Counted from the first letter of the stretch, positions 8,178 to 17,888 are shown. The stretch: 48,624 bases of DNA from Candidatus Pacearchaeota archaeon (GCA_002688875.1 NZDU01000041.1:1-48624), one strand, 5' to 3'. Notes: generated by a model not told the origin, from the sequence alone. Numbers and translations: made by a program.

Positions 8178-8475
8178 CTTTTATGTTGTTAAGGAAGTTT
8201 TTTGGTTTAAAAAGATATTTGTGATGGGAGTATCTCCGCAGGGATATATTTTTAGTTAAATTCCGAATTGGGCTTGGTGGATTAGTTCATTAACTTTAGT
8301 TAATGAAGGTCACACAATTCTCCCTTATTTTTTCTGAAATGTGCTAAATTACCCTCTATAATCAATAAGCGGACTTGGTTGGTGTTATTCTTGTAGGTTA
8401 CTAAGATCAACTTTTAATTCCTGTGCGGAAATACTGGATGAGAAAGGTTAAAAGGTTCTTAATATTTTGTTTGTT

Positions 8476-9435
8476 ATGAGTGTTCGAAGAAATTATGAGC
8501 CTAAGGAGAAGTTTGTTGAGAGGATGCGGGAGTTGCTTTCTGGGAATGAGGATGTTGAGAGGTATTTTGAGGTTGCGAAATCGGTTCCTTTGAAATCGAT
8601 TAGGGTTAATACACTGAAGATTGGGGTTGATGAGTTGAAGTCTAAGTTGTTGGGGAAAGGATGGGAGGTTAGACAGCCGTTTTCTGAATATCCTGAGATA
8701 ATTATTGTTGATGGGATTGAGCCGGGGGAGATTGGGAAGGCGCGGGAACATTTACTTGGTTATTATTATGTGCAGGAGATAACTAGTATGATGCCGGTTA
8801 TTGCGCTTGGTTTGAGGAAGGATGAGAGGTTTTTGGATTTGTGTGCTAGTCCTGGATCGAAGACGACGCAGGCTGCGATGTTGATGGAGAATACTGGGTC
8901 GATAATTGCTAATGATGTTTCGCTTGGTCGTATATCGATTTTGTCGGCTAATTTGCAGAGGTGTGGGGTTATGAATAGCGTTGTGACTAGGCATCCTGGA
9001 AGTGAGTTGGTTCTTAAGCTTTCTAAATTGGGGATGGGGTTTGATAAGATATTGGTTGATGCGCCTTGTAGTGGGGAGGGGAATATTCGTTGTTCGCCGA
9101 GGACTTATCTTGAATGGAGTGAGAAGTTGTTGAAGTCGATGGGTCGGAAGCAGAAGAAGATTGTTAGTGAGGTTGTCGGGTTGCTTGCTGAAAATGGGGA
9201 GATGGTTTATAGTACTTGTACTCATGCTCCGGAAGAGAATGAAGAGGTTGTGCAGTATTTGATTGATGAGTTTGGTTTGGAGATTGTTCCTGTGAAATTG
9301 CCTTTGAAGGTTCGTCCTGGTTTGTTGTATTGGAGGGGGAAGAAGTTTTCGAAAGAGATGAAGAATGCGGTTAGGATTTATCATCATGATAATGATATGG
9401 AGGGGTTTTTTCTTTGTAAACTTAAAAAATCCTAG
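8476..9435 (+). CDS. NOL1/NOP2/Sun-family RNA cytosine-C5 methyltransferase
   Basis: YYVQEITSM, DLCASPGSKT, DAPCSGEG and YSTCT motifs. The start was moved to the ATG at 8476 because the track start is TTG. Confidence 0.85.
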   Translation: MSVRRNYEPKEKFVERMRELLSGNEDVERYFEVAKSVPLKSIRVNTLKIGVDELKSKLLGKGWEVRQPFSEYPEIIIVDGIEPGEIGKAREHLLGYYYVQEITSMMPVIALGLRKDERFLDLCASPGSKTTQAAMLMENTGSIIANDVSLGRISILSANLQRCGVMNSVVTRHPGSELVLKLSKLGMGFDKILVDAPCSGEGNIRCSPRTYLEWSEKLLKSMGRKQKKIVSEVVGLLAENGEMVYSTCTHAPEENEEVVQYLIDEFGLEIVPVKLPLKVRPGLLYWRGKKFSKEMKNAVRIYHHDNDMEGFFLCKLKKS

Positions 9436-9563
9436 AAGATAAAATCTTCGTGCCTCTTACCCACCAAAGTCCTAAAGCTAGATAGATTTTATCTTGGAAG
9501 GTTTTTTTGTGTAAGTTGAGGAGGAAGGGGTAGGTTTATAAGGTAGTATTAAATTATTTTTTA

Positions 9564-9917
9564 ATGGTTGGACATAACAATAGTGTGAAACAAAGGCGAG
9601 GAAATGCTCAATATCTGGCTTCTAAAAGATTAGGAGAACCATTATATACTTCAAGTCAGGTGAGTAGAATGATAAAAGAATCTGTTGGTAGGGGGTATAA
9701 GCTTCCTGGGAAGGCAGCAATTGAATCTGAAGTAAGAGCTGGTAATTTTGGTATAGATATAAGTGAATTTGATGGTATTGAGATTGATTCAGCTAATGGA
9801 GATAATAGATATCAAATTAGAAAATCTGATTTAGTTAAGGTTGTTAGAGTTATTGATTTAGGAATAGATGTTGATGATCTGGTTACTGCTGCTTGTGTTC
9901 TGGGTTTTAAAACTTAG
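9564..9917 (+). CDS. Hypothetical protein (117 aa), unskewed class
   Basis: ORF track. TATA-like gtttataagg lies about 25-30 nt upstream. No family recognised. Confidence 0.5.
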   Translation: MVGHNNSVKQRRGNAQYLASKRLGEPLYTSSQVSRMIKESVGRGYKLPGKAAIESEVRAGNFGIDISEFDGIEIDSANGDNRYQIRKSDLVKVVRVIDLGIDVDDLVTAACVLGFKT

Positions 9918-9971
9918 TTTTTACTGGTTGTTTCTACAAAAGTTTTTATATCGCTAGTTATTTCTTTTAAT

Positions 9972-11267
9972 ATGAAAAAATCTTTTAAGAAAGCTAAGGT
10001 AGGGGATGAAGTTGAAGTTATTGTTAATGGGAAGAGTGAGAATGGGAGGTTGTTGGAGAGTTATGATGTTGGGGTTGTTTTGTTGAAGTTGGAAAATGGG
10101 TATAATGTTGGGTTTAAGAGGGAGGATGTTTCGGAGATTAAGGTTGTTCGGGAGAGGAAGGTTGATTCTAAGAAAGATGAGGGGGTTAAGGTGAGTGGTA
10201 GGAAGCCGGTGATTGAGATGATTGTGACGGGGGGGACTATAAGTAGTAAGTTGGATAGTTCGACGGGGGGGGTTGAGGGGTTGATTGATAATAATGAGTT
10301 GTTGAAGATGTATCCGGAGATTTTTGAGATTGCGGATTTTAGGATTAAGAGTCCGTTTATGAAAGTTAGTGAGAATATGACTCCTGTGGATTGGATTAAG
10401 ATTGCTAAGTTGGTTGGGAAGGCTTTGAATGATCCGGGGGTTAAGGGAGTTATAGTTAGTCATGGGACTGATACTTTGCATTATACTGCGTCGGCGTTGT
10501 CGTTTATGTTGGGGAAGTTGAATAAGCCGGTTGTTTTGACTTATAGTCAGAGGAGTTCGGATCGTGGGAGTAGTGATGCTAGGATGAATTTGATATGTTC
10601 GGTTCGTGCGGCGCTTTCGGATGTTAGTGAGGTGATGTTGGTTGGGCATGCGACTATTAATGATGATTATTGTTTTATGTTGCAGGGGAATAAGTGTAGG
10701 AAGTTGCATAGTTCTAGGAGGGATACTTTTAGGCCGGTTAATTGTAAACCTTATGGGAAGATATGGCCGGATGGGAAGATGGAGATGATTAGGAATGATT
10801 ATAGGAAGAGGAATAAAAATGAGGTTGAGGTGGATGCGGTTTTTGATCCTAAGGTTGGATTGTTTAAAGCCCATCCTGCTAGCAATCCTTCTATTTTGGA
10901 TTATTATAAAAAGAATTGTAAGGGGTTGGTGATTGAGGGGACTGGATTTGGGCATGTGATAACTGAGGGGAAGAGTAATTGGTTGCCGAAGTTGAAGGAG
11001 GCTATGGGTAAGGGGTTGTTGATTTATATGGCAAGTCAGACGATTTTTGGGCGTGTCGATTCTTATGTTTATAGTCCTGGGAGGAAGATTGCGGATAGTG
11101 GGGTTGTGTTTTTGGGGGATATGTTATCGGAGACTGCGTTGGTTAAATTGGGATGGGTGTTGGGGCATAAGGATTGGCGCGGATCTGTGAGTACTAAGTT
11201 GAAGATGTTGGAGAATGTTAGTGGGGAGTTTAATGATAGGTTGGATGAGGGGTTTTTGGAAATGTAA
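9972..11267 (+). CDS. gatD: Glu-tRNA(Gln) amidotransferase subunit D
   Basis: Asparaginase-like core: MIVTGGTISS, VSHGTDTLHYTA, GTGFGH. The N-terminal GatD-specific domain is present. Confidence 0.9.
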   Translation: MKKSFKKAKVGDEVEVIVNGKSENGRLLESYDVGVVLLKLENGYNVGFKREDVSEIKVVRERKVDSKKDEGVKVSGRKPVIEMIVTGGTISSKLDSSTGGVEGLIDNNELLKMYPEIFEIADFRIKSPFMKVSENMTPVDWIKIAKLVGKALNDPGVKGVIVSHGTDTLHYTASALSFMLGKLNKPVVLTYSQRSSDRGSSDARMNLICSVRAALSDVSEVMLVGHATINDDYCFMLQGNKCRKLHSSRRDTFRPVNCKPYGKIWPDGKMEMIRNDYRKRNKNEVEVDAVFDPKVGLFKAHPASNPSILDYYKKNCKGLVIEGTGFGHVITEGKSNWLPKLKEAMGKGLLIYMASQTIFGRVDSYVYSPGRKIADSGVVFLGDMLSETALVKLGWVLGHKDWRGSVSTKLKMLENVSGEFNDRLDEGFLEM

Positions 11268-11302
11268 TAATATTTATAAATATGATTTTTTGTTAATAGT
11301 CT

Positions 11303-11521
11303 ATGGGATATAGTGAAAGATTTGAAAGAGTTATGGAAGGATTAGCTGAATTATCTAGGTCTGGTAATTATGAAGCTAGTATGGTGGCTAGACCTCATCT
11401 GAGATATTTGACACATCATACTGCTAAGGGTTATATGCATGAATCTGGAGGGAATCGTGTGGATTTGGATCCGCTTGAGAGATTTATTTCTAATTGTCTG
11501 AGTACTAGTGTTTCAGAATAA
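11303..11521 (+). CDS. Hypothetical protein (72 aa), unskewed class
   Basis: ORF track. TATA tttataaat lies about 28 nt upstream. Confidence 0.4.
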   Translation: MGYSERFERVMEGLAELSRSGNYEASMVARPHLRYLTHHTAKGYMHESGGNRVDLDPLERFISNCLSTSVSE

Positions 11522-11574
11522 TTTGTAATCTAGATTACCTAAATCTTTTAAAATTGATTTTGTTTCTTAGAGTT

Positions 11575-12498
11575 ATGAAAATTTTAGTTACAGGAGGTAG
11601 TGGATTTATAGGAAGTTGGGTTGTTGATAGGTTGGTTGATGGGGGTTATGAGGTTGTTGTGGTGGATAAGGTTAGGTATGATTGGATAAATAAGGATAGG
11701 GTTCAGTTTTGTGAGTGTGATATTTTGGATAGTGAGGGGTTGAATGGGGTTTTTGAGAGGGAGGGGTTTGATCTTGTTATTCATATGGCTGCTAATACTT
11801 TGCTTCGTAAGAGTATTGAGGATCCGATGTATGATGCTCGGTTGAATATTTTGGGGTCGATAAGTGTGTTGGAATGTTGTAGGAAGAATGGTGTTGAGAA
11901 ATTGATTTATACTTCTACTGGAGGGGCGAGGGTTGGGGAGCCTAAGTATTTACCTGTTGATGAGAAGCATCCTTTGAATCCTATGAGTCCTTATGGGATA
12001 TCGAAGCATAGTGTTGAGCATTATGTGGAGATGTACGGGGAGTTGTATGGTATTGATTATTTTATATTTTGTTTTGGAAATGTTTATGGGCCGAGGGATA
12101 GTGTTGATACTAAAAGATTGGTTCCGGTGTTTTTGGATAAGTTTCTTAAGAAGGAGAGGCCGATGATATTTGGGGATGGGGGGAAGACTAGGGATTTTAT
12201 TTATGTGATGGATTTGGTAGATTTTATGATTGGGAGTATTGATAAGATGGGCAAGACTGAGAATAGGTTGTTTCATTTGGCTAATGGTAAGGAGGTTAGT
12301 GTTAATGAGATGGTTAGGATTATGAAGGAGGTTAGTGGTTCGGATGTTGAGCCCTTGAAAGTTGATGAGATTAAGGGAGAAGTTGATAGGATTGTTTTGG
12401 ATACTCGACTTGCTAGGGAGGAATTGGGGTGGAATCCTGAGACTAGTATTGAAGAGGGGTTGAGGAAGAGTTGGGAGTGGGTTGAGGGTCGGGATTGA
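11575..12498 (+). CDS. NAD-dependent epimerase/dehydratase (GalE-like SDR)
   Basis: MKILVTGGSGFIGS (Rossmann motif) and YGISK (YxxxK). Start taken at the ATG at 11575. Confidence 0.85.
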   Translation: MKILVTGGSGFIGSWVVDRLVDGGYEVVVVDKVRYDWINKDRVQFCECDILDSEGLNGVFEREGFDLVIHMAANTLLRKSIEDPMYDARLNILGSISVLECCRKNGVEKLIYTSTGGARVGEPKYLPVDEKHPLNPMSPYGISKHSVEHYVEMYGELYGIDYFIFCFGNVYGPRDSVDTKRLVPVFLDKFLKKERPMIFGDGGKTRDFIYVMDLVDFMIGSIDKMGKTENRLFHLANGKEVSVNEMVRIMKEVSGSDVEPLKVDEIKGEVDRIVLDTRLAREELGWNPETSIEEGLRKSWEWVEGRD

Positions 12499-12505
12499 TT
12501 TCTAC

Positions 12506-12590
12506 GCTTTCGGATTTGACTTCGTCTAAATCCTTCGCTAAAGTGTTGGTAGTGCTAAATAATTATTAGATCGAGATTGTGGTTTTCTTT
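12506..12590 (+). repeat. Modular intergenic element, copy L1 (hairpin + M1 + TATA-like + M2)
   Basis: Hairpin ggatttga-CTTCG-tctaaatcc (12512-12533), gttggta (12545-12551), taaataat (12556-12563), gagattgtggttttcttt (12573-12590). Confidence 0.7.
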
Positions 12591-12622
12591 GAAGTTGAAT
12601 ATAACTTAATAGATTGTGATTA

Positions 12623-13123
12623 TTATCTTTTATTAAATTTTCTTTCGATTCTGTTTAGTTGTTTTTTCATTTCTCTTATTTCTTTCTCTGCAACACGGTT
12701 AACTTTGTAGTCGTATTCTGCTCTTAGTCTGTCTCTTTCTGCGGCTCGATTTTGCGACATTAATATTACTGGGGCTTGGAGTGCTGCAAGGCATGAAAGG
12801 ACTAAGTTTAATAATATGAAGGGGTAGGGGTCGAAGGGTTGTCCTGATTGGTATTTTGACCAGTAGTATGTGTTGACGATTATCCAGAGGATTAGGATTG
12901 CGATGAATCCTAGGATGAATGTCCAGGATCCAGCCCATTTTGCTAAGCCGTCGGAGGTTTTTTGTCCTATGGTTAATTTTCTTTTGTCTTGGAAAGGTAT
13001 TTTTATTCCTTTAGTTAATTTAGAAGTTATTTTTTCAACTTTTTTCTCTGTTTTTTTTAGATCTGTTGTTATAGAGTTGTTTTTTATTATTAGTTTTTTT
13101 TGGTTTGCGTTCTTGCGTGGCAT
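12623..13123 (-). CDS. DUF1003-family membrane protein
   Basis: GSWTFILGF...FDPYPFILLNLVLSCLAALQAPVILMSQNRAAERDR...DY.VN..AE.EI is the DUF1003 signature. Confidence 0.8.
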   Translation of the reverse strand: MPRKNANQKKLIIKNNSITTDLKKTEKKVEKITSKLTKGIKIPFQDKRKLTIGQKTSDGLAKWAGSWTFILGFIAILILWIIVNTYYWSKYQSGQPFDPYPFILLNLVLSCLAALQAPVILMSQNRAAERDRLRAEYDYKVNRVAEKEIREMKKQLNRIERKFNKR

Positions 13124-13182
13124 TTTATCACTTCTCTTTTGTTTGTGAAAGGTTAAGAGGTTTATATAGGTTTTTCTTGGGG

Positions 13183-13216
13183 GGTTTTATAGGGGTTTTA
13201 CTGGAGGTTTTACTGG
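13183..13216. repeat. Three GGTTTTA(T/C) repeats spaced about 11-12 nt apart in a divergent promoter region
   Basis: ggttttat (13183-13190), ggttttactgg (13194-13204) and ggttttactgg (13206-13216), read directly. Confidence 0.6.
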
Positions 13217-13284
13217 GGTGGAGTTGTAACTAAGTAGTGGTTATAAATGGGAAGGTTTATAAGTGTGGGATAGGTTGATTTTTT

Positions 13285-14112
13285 ATGGTAAGGTTAATTC
13301 AGGTCTTGAGTGAAGCGAAAGGTTCAAATCATGGAGGTGTATGTAGATTTGATTTTCCGAAGACTAGTGATAATAATAATGAATTTTATGTGAAGCATTG
13401 TAGTAGAATGAATCATAAAGGAGATAGTAGTTTTGCTTATCAGCATCAACCGGTTTATGAGGCGGTCACTTGTGAAATGGCAAGAATATTGGGTCTTGAG
13501 ACTCCAAATTTTTATGTTCTAATGAATGATCAAGATAACTTGGGATTTGTATCTTTTGGGGGGCAGAAAATGGATATTAAGCCTCATCAACCTTTTTATT
13601 TTGCGTCTGAAATGTTAGTTCATCCAAAAAATGAGAGTATTAGCGAGGCTGCTAAAATCTTAGAACAAGAAGAATTCTATTTGAATATGTTAATGATTTC
13701 AGATGTCGTTGGTAAAAAGAATAATTATATTCATGATCCTCATTCTGATCGAGTGATTTATGTTGATTTGGGGTGTAATATTGTTGATGCTCATGAAAAT
13801 ATTATGGCGTTTAAAACAAGACATAAATCTCCATTAAAGAAAAAAGATAGAAGGAATGCTGTGAAAAAGTTTAGTAGATATGAAATTGTAACTAAGAAAG
13901 GCGAAGGGGGTAAAATTGGCTTGATGGATTTTTTGGAATCTCCAAGAGATATGAAATTACTTTCTTTGAATCCAAGGGGAAATGTTAGATTAGATTCTTT
14001 AATCCCTAAGATTGAAATTGATGAAATTGTTGAGAGATTGATAGCTGGATTGTATTTGGGTAAGGGACTTTCAAAAAATGGTGATAACATTTATCTTAAT
14101 AGAATTAAATAA
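13285..14112 (+). CDS. Hypothetical protein (275 aa), unskewed class
   Basis: ORF track. TATA aggtttataag lies about 30 nt upstream. No secure family. Confidence 0.55.
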   Translation: MVRLIQVLSEAKGSNHGGVCRFDFPKTSDNNNEFYVKHCSRMNHKGDSSFAYQHQPVYEAVTCEMARILGLETPNFYVLMNDQDNLGFVSFGGQKMDIKPHQPFYFASEMLVHPKNESISEAAKILEQEEFYLNMLMISDVVGKKNNYIHDPHSDRVIYVDLGCNIVDAHENIMAFKTRHKSPLKKKDRRNAVKKFSRYEIVTKKGEGGKIGLMDFLESPRDMKLLSLNPRGNVRLDSLIPKIEIDEIVERLIAGLYLGKGLSKNGDNIYLNRIK

Positions 14113-14152
14113 TTTTCAATACATTTATTAATTTATATTTCTAGATTGTTTT

Positions 14153-15670
14153 ATGGTTAAGATCAAATCTGGGATAGAGATTCATCAGCAATTGGATACT
14201 CACAAGTTGTTTTGTGAATGTCCTTCGGTGTTGAGGAGTGATGATGCTTCTTTTAAGATTAATAGGAAATTGCATGCTGTGGTTGGGGAAGAAGGTAAGG
14301 TTGATGTTGCGGCTGAGCATGAGGCCTTGTTGGATCGGGAGTTTGTTTATGAAGGGTTTGATAGTACTTGTTTGGTTGAGCTGGATGAGGAACCGCCTAG
14401 GTTGATTAATTTGGAGGCCTTGGAAATTGGATTGCATGTTGCTATGTTGTTGAATTGTGAGATAGTTCCGATTTCGCAGATTATGAGGAAGACTGTTGTT
14501 GATGGTTCGAATACTAGTGGGTTTCAGAGGACTGTTTTGATAGCTCGGGACGGGTATGTTGAGACGGAGAGTGGGAGGGTTGGGATTGATAATGTTTCTT
14601 TAGAGGAGGATTCGGCTAGAGTTGTTGGGGGGAAAGGTGGAAGTGGTAAGGGTGGGGGTGGGGATGGTAGTGATGAAGATGATAATGATGAAAATGATGA
14701 AGATGGGAAGAGTGGAAGTGGGAAGAAGACTTATAGGTTGGATAGATTGGGGATTCCGTTGATTGAGATTGGGACTGCGCCAGATATTAAAACGGCTGAG
14801 CAGGCTAAGGGGGTTGCTTTGCATTTGGGAGATATACTTAGGAGTTGTAAGGTTAAGCGAGGGATTGGGACAATAAGGCAGGATGTTAATGTTTCTATTT
14901 CTGGGCATCCGAGAGTTGAGATTAAAGGGTTTCAGGATGTTAAGATGTTTGTTCCTACGATTGAGAAAGAGGTTTTACGTCAGGGGAAGAATTTGGGTAA
15001 GGTTGGGAAGAAAGGTAATGAGTTAAAGGGAGAGGTTAGGAATGCTCTTGCTGATGGGAGTAGTGAGTTCTTACGGCCGATGCCAGGGAGTGCTAGGATG
15101 TATCCTGAGACGGATTTGCCTTTGCTTCGGATTGAGAAGAAGATTATTGATAAGGCTAAGAGGAGTTTGCCTAAACTTAGGAGTGAGGTTAAGAAGGAAT
15201 TGGTTAAGAAGGGGTTGATGGAGGAGGAAGTAAGTGGGTTGTTGAAAAGTGGGAAGATTGAGGAGTTTAATGGATTGTTTAAGATTCTTAGGGATAGTAG
15301 GTTTGTGTTTAGGATTTTGATTGAGATTCCTAAGGAAATTGGAAGGAAGGAAGGGAAGGATGCTGAATCGGTTGATGATTTGTTGACGATTGATGTTGTG
15401 GAGAGGATTGTTGATGGAGTTAGTAAGGGGGAGATTGATAGAGGTGATGTTAAGCATGTTATGGAGGAGATTGTTAAGGGTAAGTCGGTTGAAGATGCTA
15501 TTGGAATGGAGAAGGTGGATCTGGGAGATGTTGAAAGTGAGATTGTTAAGTTGGTTAAGAAGAAGCCGGGGCTTTCTGTTGGGGGGTATATGGGGTTGAT
15601 AATGAAAGAGTTTAAGGGGAAGGTGAGTGGGAAGGAAGTTAGTGAGATACTTGGAAAGTTAGTTAAGTGA
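14153..15670 (+). CDS. gatE: Glu-tRNA(Gln) amidotransferase subunit E, short form with a Gly/Asp/Glu low-complexity insert
   Basis: GIEIHQQLDTHKLFCEC, CLVELDEEPP, RKTVVDGSNTSGFQRT, YRLDRLGIPLIEI and RQDVNVS. 505 aa. Confidence 0.85.
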   Translation: MVKIKSGIEIHQQLDTHKLFCECPSVLRSDDASFKINRKLHAVVGEEGKVDVAAEHEALLDREFVYEGFDSTCLVELDEEPPRLINLEALEIGLHVAMLLNCEIVPISQIMRKTVVDGSNTSGFQRTVLIARDGYVETESGRVGIDNVSLEEDSARVVGGKGGSGKGGGGDGSDEDDNDENDEDGKSGSGKKTYRLDRLGIPLIEIGTAPDIKTAEQAKGVALHLGDILRSCKVKRGIGTIRQDVNVSISGHPRVEIKGFQDVKMFVPTIEKEVLRQGKNLGKVGKKGNELKGEVRNALADGSSEFLRPMPGSARMYPETDLPLLRIEKKIIDKAKRSLPKLRSEVKKELVKKGLMEEEVSGLLKSGKIEEFNGLFKILRDSRFVFRILIEIPKEIGRKEGKDAESVDDLLTIDVVERIVDGVSKGEIDRGDVKHVMEEIVKGKSVEDAIGMEKVDLGDVESEIVKLVKKKPGLSVGGYMGLIMKEFKGKVSGKEVSEILGKLVK

Positions 15671-15703
15671 TAGATTTATAAATTCTTGTTAGATTGTTTT
15701 AAG

Positions 15704-17110
15704 ATGCTTAGAACACATAATATTGGTGAGGTTAATGAAAAGTTAGTTGGGAAGAAGGTAAAGCTTTGTGGGTGGGTGGATAGTATTAGGGAGCATGGGA
15801 AGGTTATTTTTCTTGATGTTAGAGATAGGTATAGTAAAATTCAGGCTGTGATTGTTAAGAGTAATGGTGATTTTGGTTTGGCTAAGGGGTTGACGAAGGA
15901 GAGTTGTGTGTTGGTTGAAGGAGAGGTTAATGCTCGGCCGAAGGGGACAGAGAATAAGGAGTTGAGTACTGGTAATGTGGAGTTGTTTATTGGGAAGCTT
16001 GAGGTTTTGAGTAAGAGTCCTGCCTTGCCGTTTGAGATTAATGAGGGAATTGAGAATGAAGAGCTTCGATTGAAGTATAGGTTTTTGGATTTGAGGAGTG
16101 AGAGGATGCATAAAAATATTATGTTGAGGAGTGATACATTACATGCAATTAGGGATTTTTATCATAATGAGGGTTTTGCTGAAATTGAAACTCCGATATT
16201 GGCGAAGTCGACTCCTGAAGGAGCTAGAGATTATTTGGTGCCTAGTAGAAATTTTAAGGGGAAGTTTTATGCTTTGCCACAATCGCCTCAATTGTTTAAA
16301 CAATTATCTCAGGTTGCAGGGTTTGATAAATATATACAAATTGCTAGATGTTTTAGAGATGAGGATTTGAGGAGTGATAGGCAACCGGAGTTTACGCAGA
16401 TAGATGTTGAGATGTCGTTTATAGAGCAGGATGATATTATTGAGAAAACTGAAAAAATGCTTGTTGAGGTTTTTGATAAAGTTTTAGGGGTCAAGGTTAA
16501 GACTCCATTTCCTAGAATTGGTTATGATGAGGCTATGAAAAAATATGGGAGTGATGCTCCAGATCTTCGGAAGGATAAAGGTGATAAGAAAGAGTTTGCG
16601 TTTTGTTGGGTAGTTGATTTTCCGTTGTTTGAGAAAAGTGATAATAGATGTAAGAGCACACATCATCCATTTACGATGCCTGTTGTTGGTAAAAATAAAT
16701 TGGATTTTGATTCAGGTAGTAAGTCAGTTGCTTATGATGTGGTTTTGAATGGGGTGGAGATTGGTGGTGGGAGTATAAGGATTCATGATTCTGATATTCA
16801 GGAGAAGGTTTTTGATATTTTGAAGCTTTCAAAAAATGAGGTTAAGGATAAGTTTGGGTTTTTGTTGGATGCTCTTAGTTTTGGTGCTCCGCCTCATGGA
16901 GGTATTGCCTTAGGGTTTGATCGTCTTATGCAGATAATGAGTGGAGAGGAGAGTATTAGGGAAGTAATTGCATATCCTAAAAATAAGGAGGCTAGGGATG
17001 TTATGTTGGATGCGCCTTCGGATGTTGATAATAAACAGTTGAAAGAGTTGGGAATAGAAGTTTTGAATAGTGGTAAAAAAAAGAGTGGTAAGAAAGGGAA
17101 GAAGAAATAA
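15704..17110 (+). CDS. aspS: Aspartyl-tRNA synthetase, bacterial type, without the GAD insertion domain
   Basis: MLRTHNIGEV...KLCGWV, YALPQSPQLFKQ, CFRDEDLRSDRQPEFTQIDVEMSF, HHPFTMP and GAPPHGGIALGFDRL. Start taken at the ATG at 15704. Confidence 0.9.
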   Translation: MLRTHNIGEVNEKLVGKKVKLCGWVDSIREHGKVIFLDVRDRYSKIQAVIVKSNGDFGLAKGLTKESCVLVEGEVNARPKGTENKELSTGNVELFIGKLEVLSKSPALPFEINEGIENEELRLKYRFLDLRSERMHKNIMLRSDTLHAIRDFYHNEGFAEIETPILAKSTPEGARDYLVPSRNFKGKFYALPQSPQLFKQLSQVAGFDKYIQIARCFRDEDLRSDRQPEFTQIDVEMSFIEQDDIIEKTEKMLVEVFDKVLGVKVKTPFPRIGYDEAMKKYGSDAPDLRKDKGDKKEFAFCWVVDFPLFEKSDNRCKSTHHPFTMPVVGKNKLDFDSGSKSVAYDVVLNGVEIGGGSIRIHDSDIQEKVFDILKLSKNEVKDKFGFLLDALSFGAPPHGGIALGFDRLMQIMSGEESIREVIAYPKNKEARDVMLDAPSDVDNKQLKELGIEVLNSGKKKSGKKGKKK

Positions 17111-17888
17111 GATAAGGATTCTAGCTATTGGAGATCCGCATGGAGATCTTGAAAAGATAAAAAAGATTCCTGTTGAGAATGTTGATTTAATATTGATTCC
17201 TGGGGATTTGAGTAAGGCTGATATTGCTCGGAAGATAAATTTTGGTAGAATTAATGGGAAGGAGAGTAGTGATGCCTTGAAGAGGAAAGCTTTTATGGAG
17301 ATTTATAAAAGTACATTTGCAGTTCTTAGATATTTGGGTAAGAAAGCTCCCGTATATTATATCTGGGGAGATTTTGATTATAGCGATAAGGCGGTTAAAA
17401 AAGGTATTAAAGATTTTGGAAGTAGTTTGCCTTTTTTTAGTAAGGAGTTTAAGAAGATTGATAATGTAAGGGCTATTAGGGATAAGAAAGTTAGGTTTAG
17501 AGGGTTGAGTATTGGAGGGTTAGAGAGGTTTGAGGATGTGAATTGGGTTCGGGATTTTAGGCCGGATGAGTTTGATAAGAGGATGAAAGTTGCTAGGAAA
17601 GAGACAAAGAGGGCTAAGAAGATTCTTGGTAAGTTTGGGAAGGTAGATATATTGTTGTGTCATCAGCCTCCATTTGAGGTGCTTGATAAAGTTAGTAACC
17701 CTGTTGCCCCTAAGAGGTGGAATGGGAAGAATGCGGGGAGTGAGTTAATATTGGATTATGTTAAGAAGAAAAAACCTAAGTATGTTTTTTGTGGGCATAT
17801 TCATGAAGGGAAGGGGATGAAGAAGGTTGGGAAGACTGTTGTTTTTAATTTGGGATGTTGTGGGTGGAAGGTTGTTGAGATTGAATAA
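17070..17888 (+). CDS. Calcineurin-like metallophosphoesterase
   Basis: ILAIGDPHGD, GDL, LLCHQPP and CGHIHEG motifs. There is no ATG before the GDPHG motif, so the start is uncertain (GTG at 17070 or 17085). It overlaps the aspS 3' end. Confidence 0.7.
   Translation: MVKKRVVRKGRRNKIRILAIGDPHGDLEKIKKIPVENVDLILIPGDLSKADIARKINFGRINGKESSDALKRKAFMEIYKSTFAVLRYLGKKAPVYYIWGDFDYSDKAVKKGIKDFGSSLPFFSKEFKKIDNVRAIRDKKVRFRGLSIGGLERFEDVNWVRDFRPDEFDKRMKVARKETKRAKKILGKFGKVDILLCHQPPFEVLDKVSNPVAPKRWNGKNAGSELILDYVKKKKPKYVFCGHIHEGKGMKKVGKTVVFNLGCCGWKVVEIE

Noticed and set aside
9954-10955. Long antisense ORFs opposite plus-strand genes: 8752-9387, 9954-10955, 11950-12276, 14600-14908, 15071-15457, 15743-16111, 18651-18968, 19158-19574, 21175-21981, 26911-27579, 28659-29189 and 47410-48120.
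   Set aside because: They are the A/C-rich complements of G/T-rich genes. With so few T and G there are almost no stop codons. Their products are low-complexity P/N/H/Q/T/I/L/K/R strings, and each overlaps a well-supported conserved gene.
13285-14112. Possible atypical kinase (HipA/PI3-4K-like) motifs in the 275-aa orphan (ISDVVGKKNNYIHDP...VIYVDLGCN).
   Set aside because: The spacing does not fit the DxxxxN catalytic loop, and the His and Lys hallmarks are not identifiable by eye. The evidence is too weak without a profile search.
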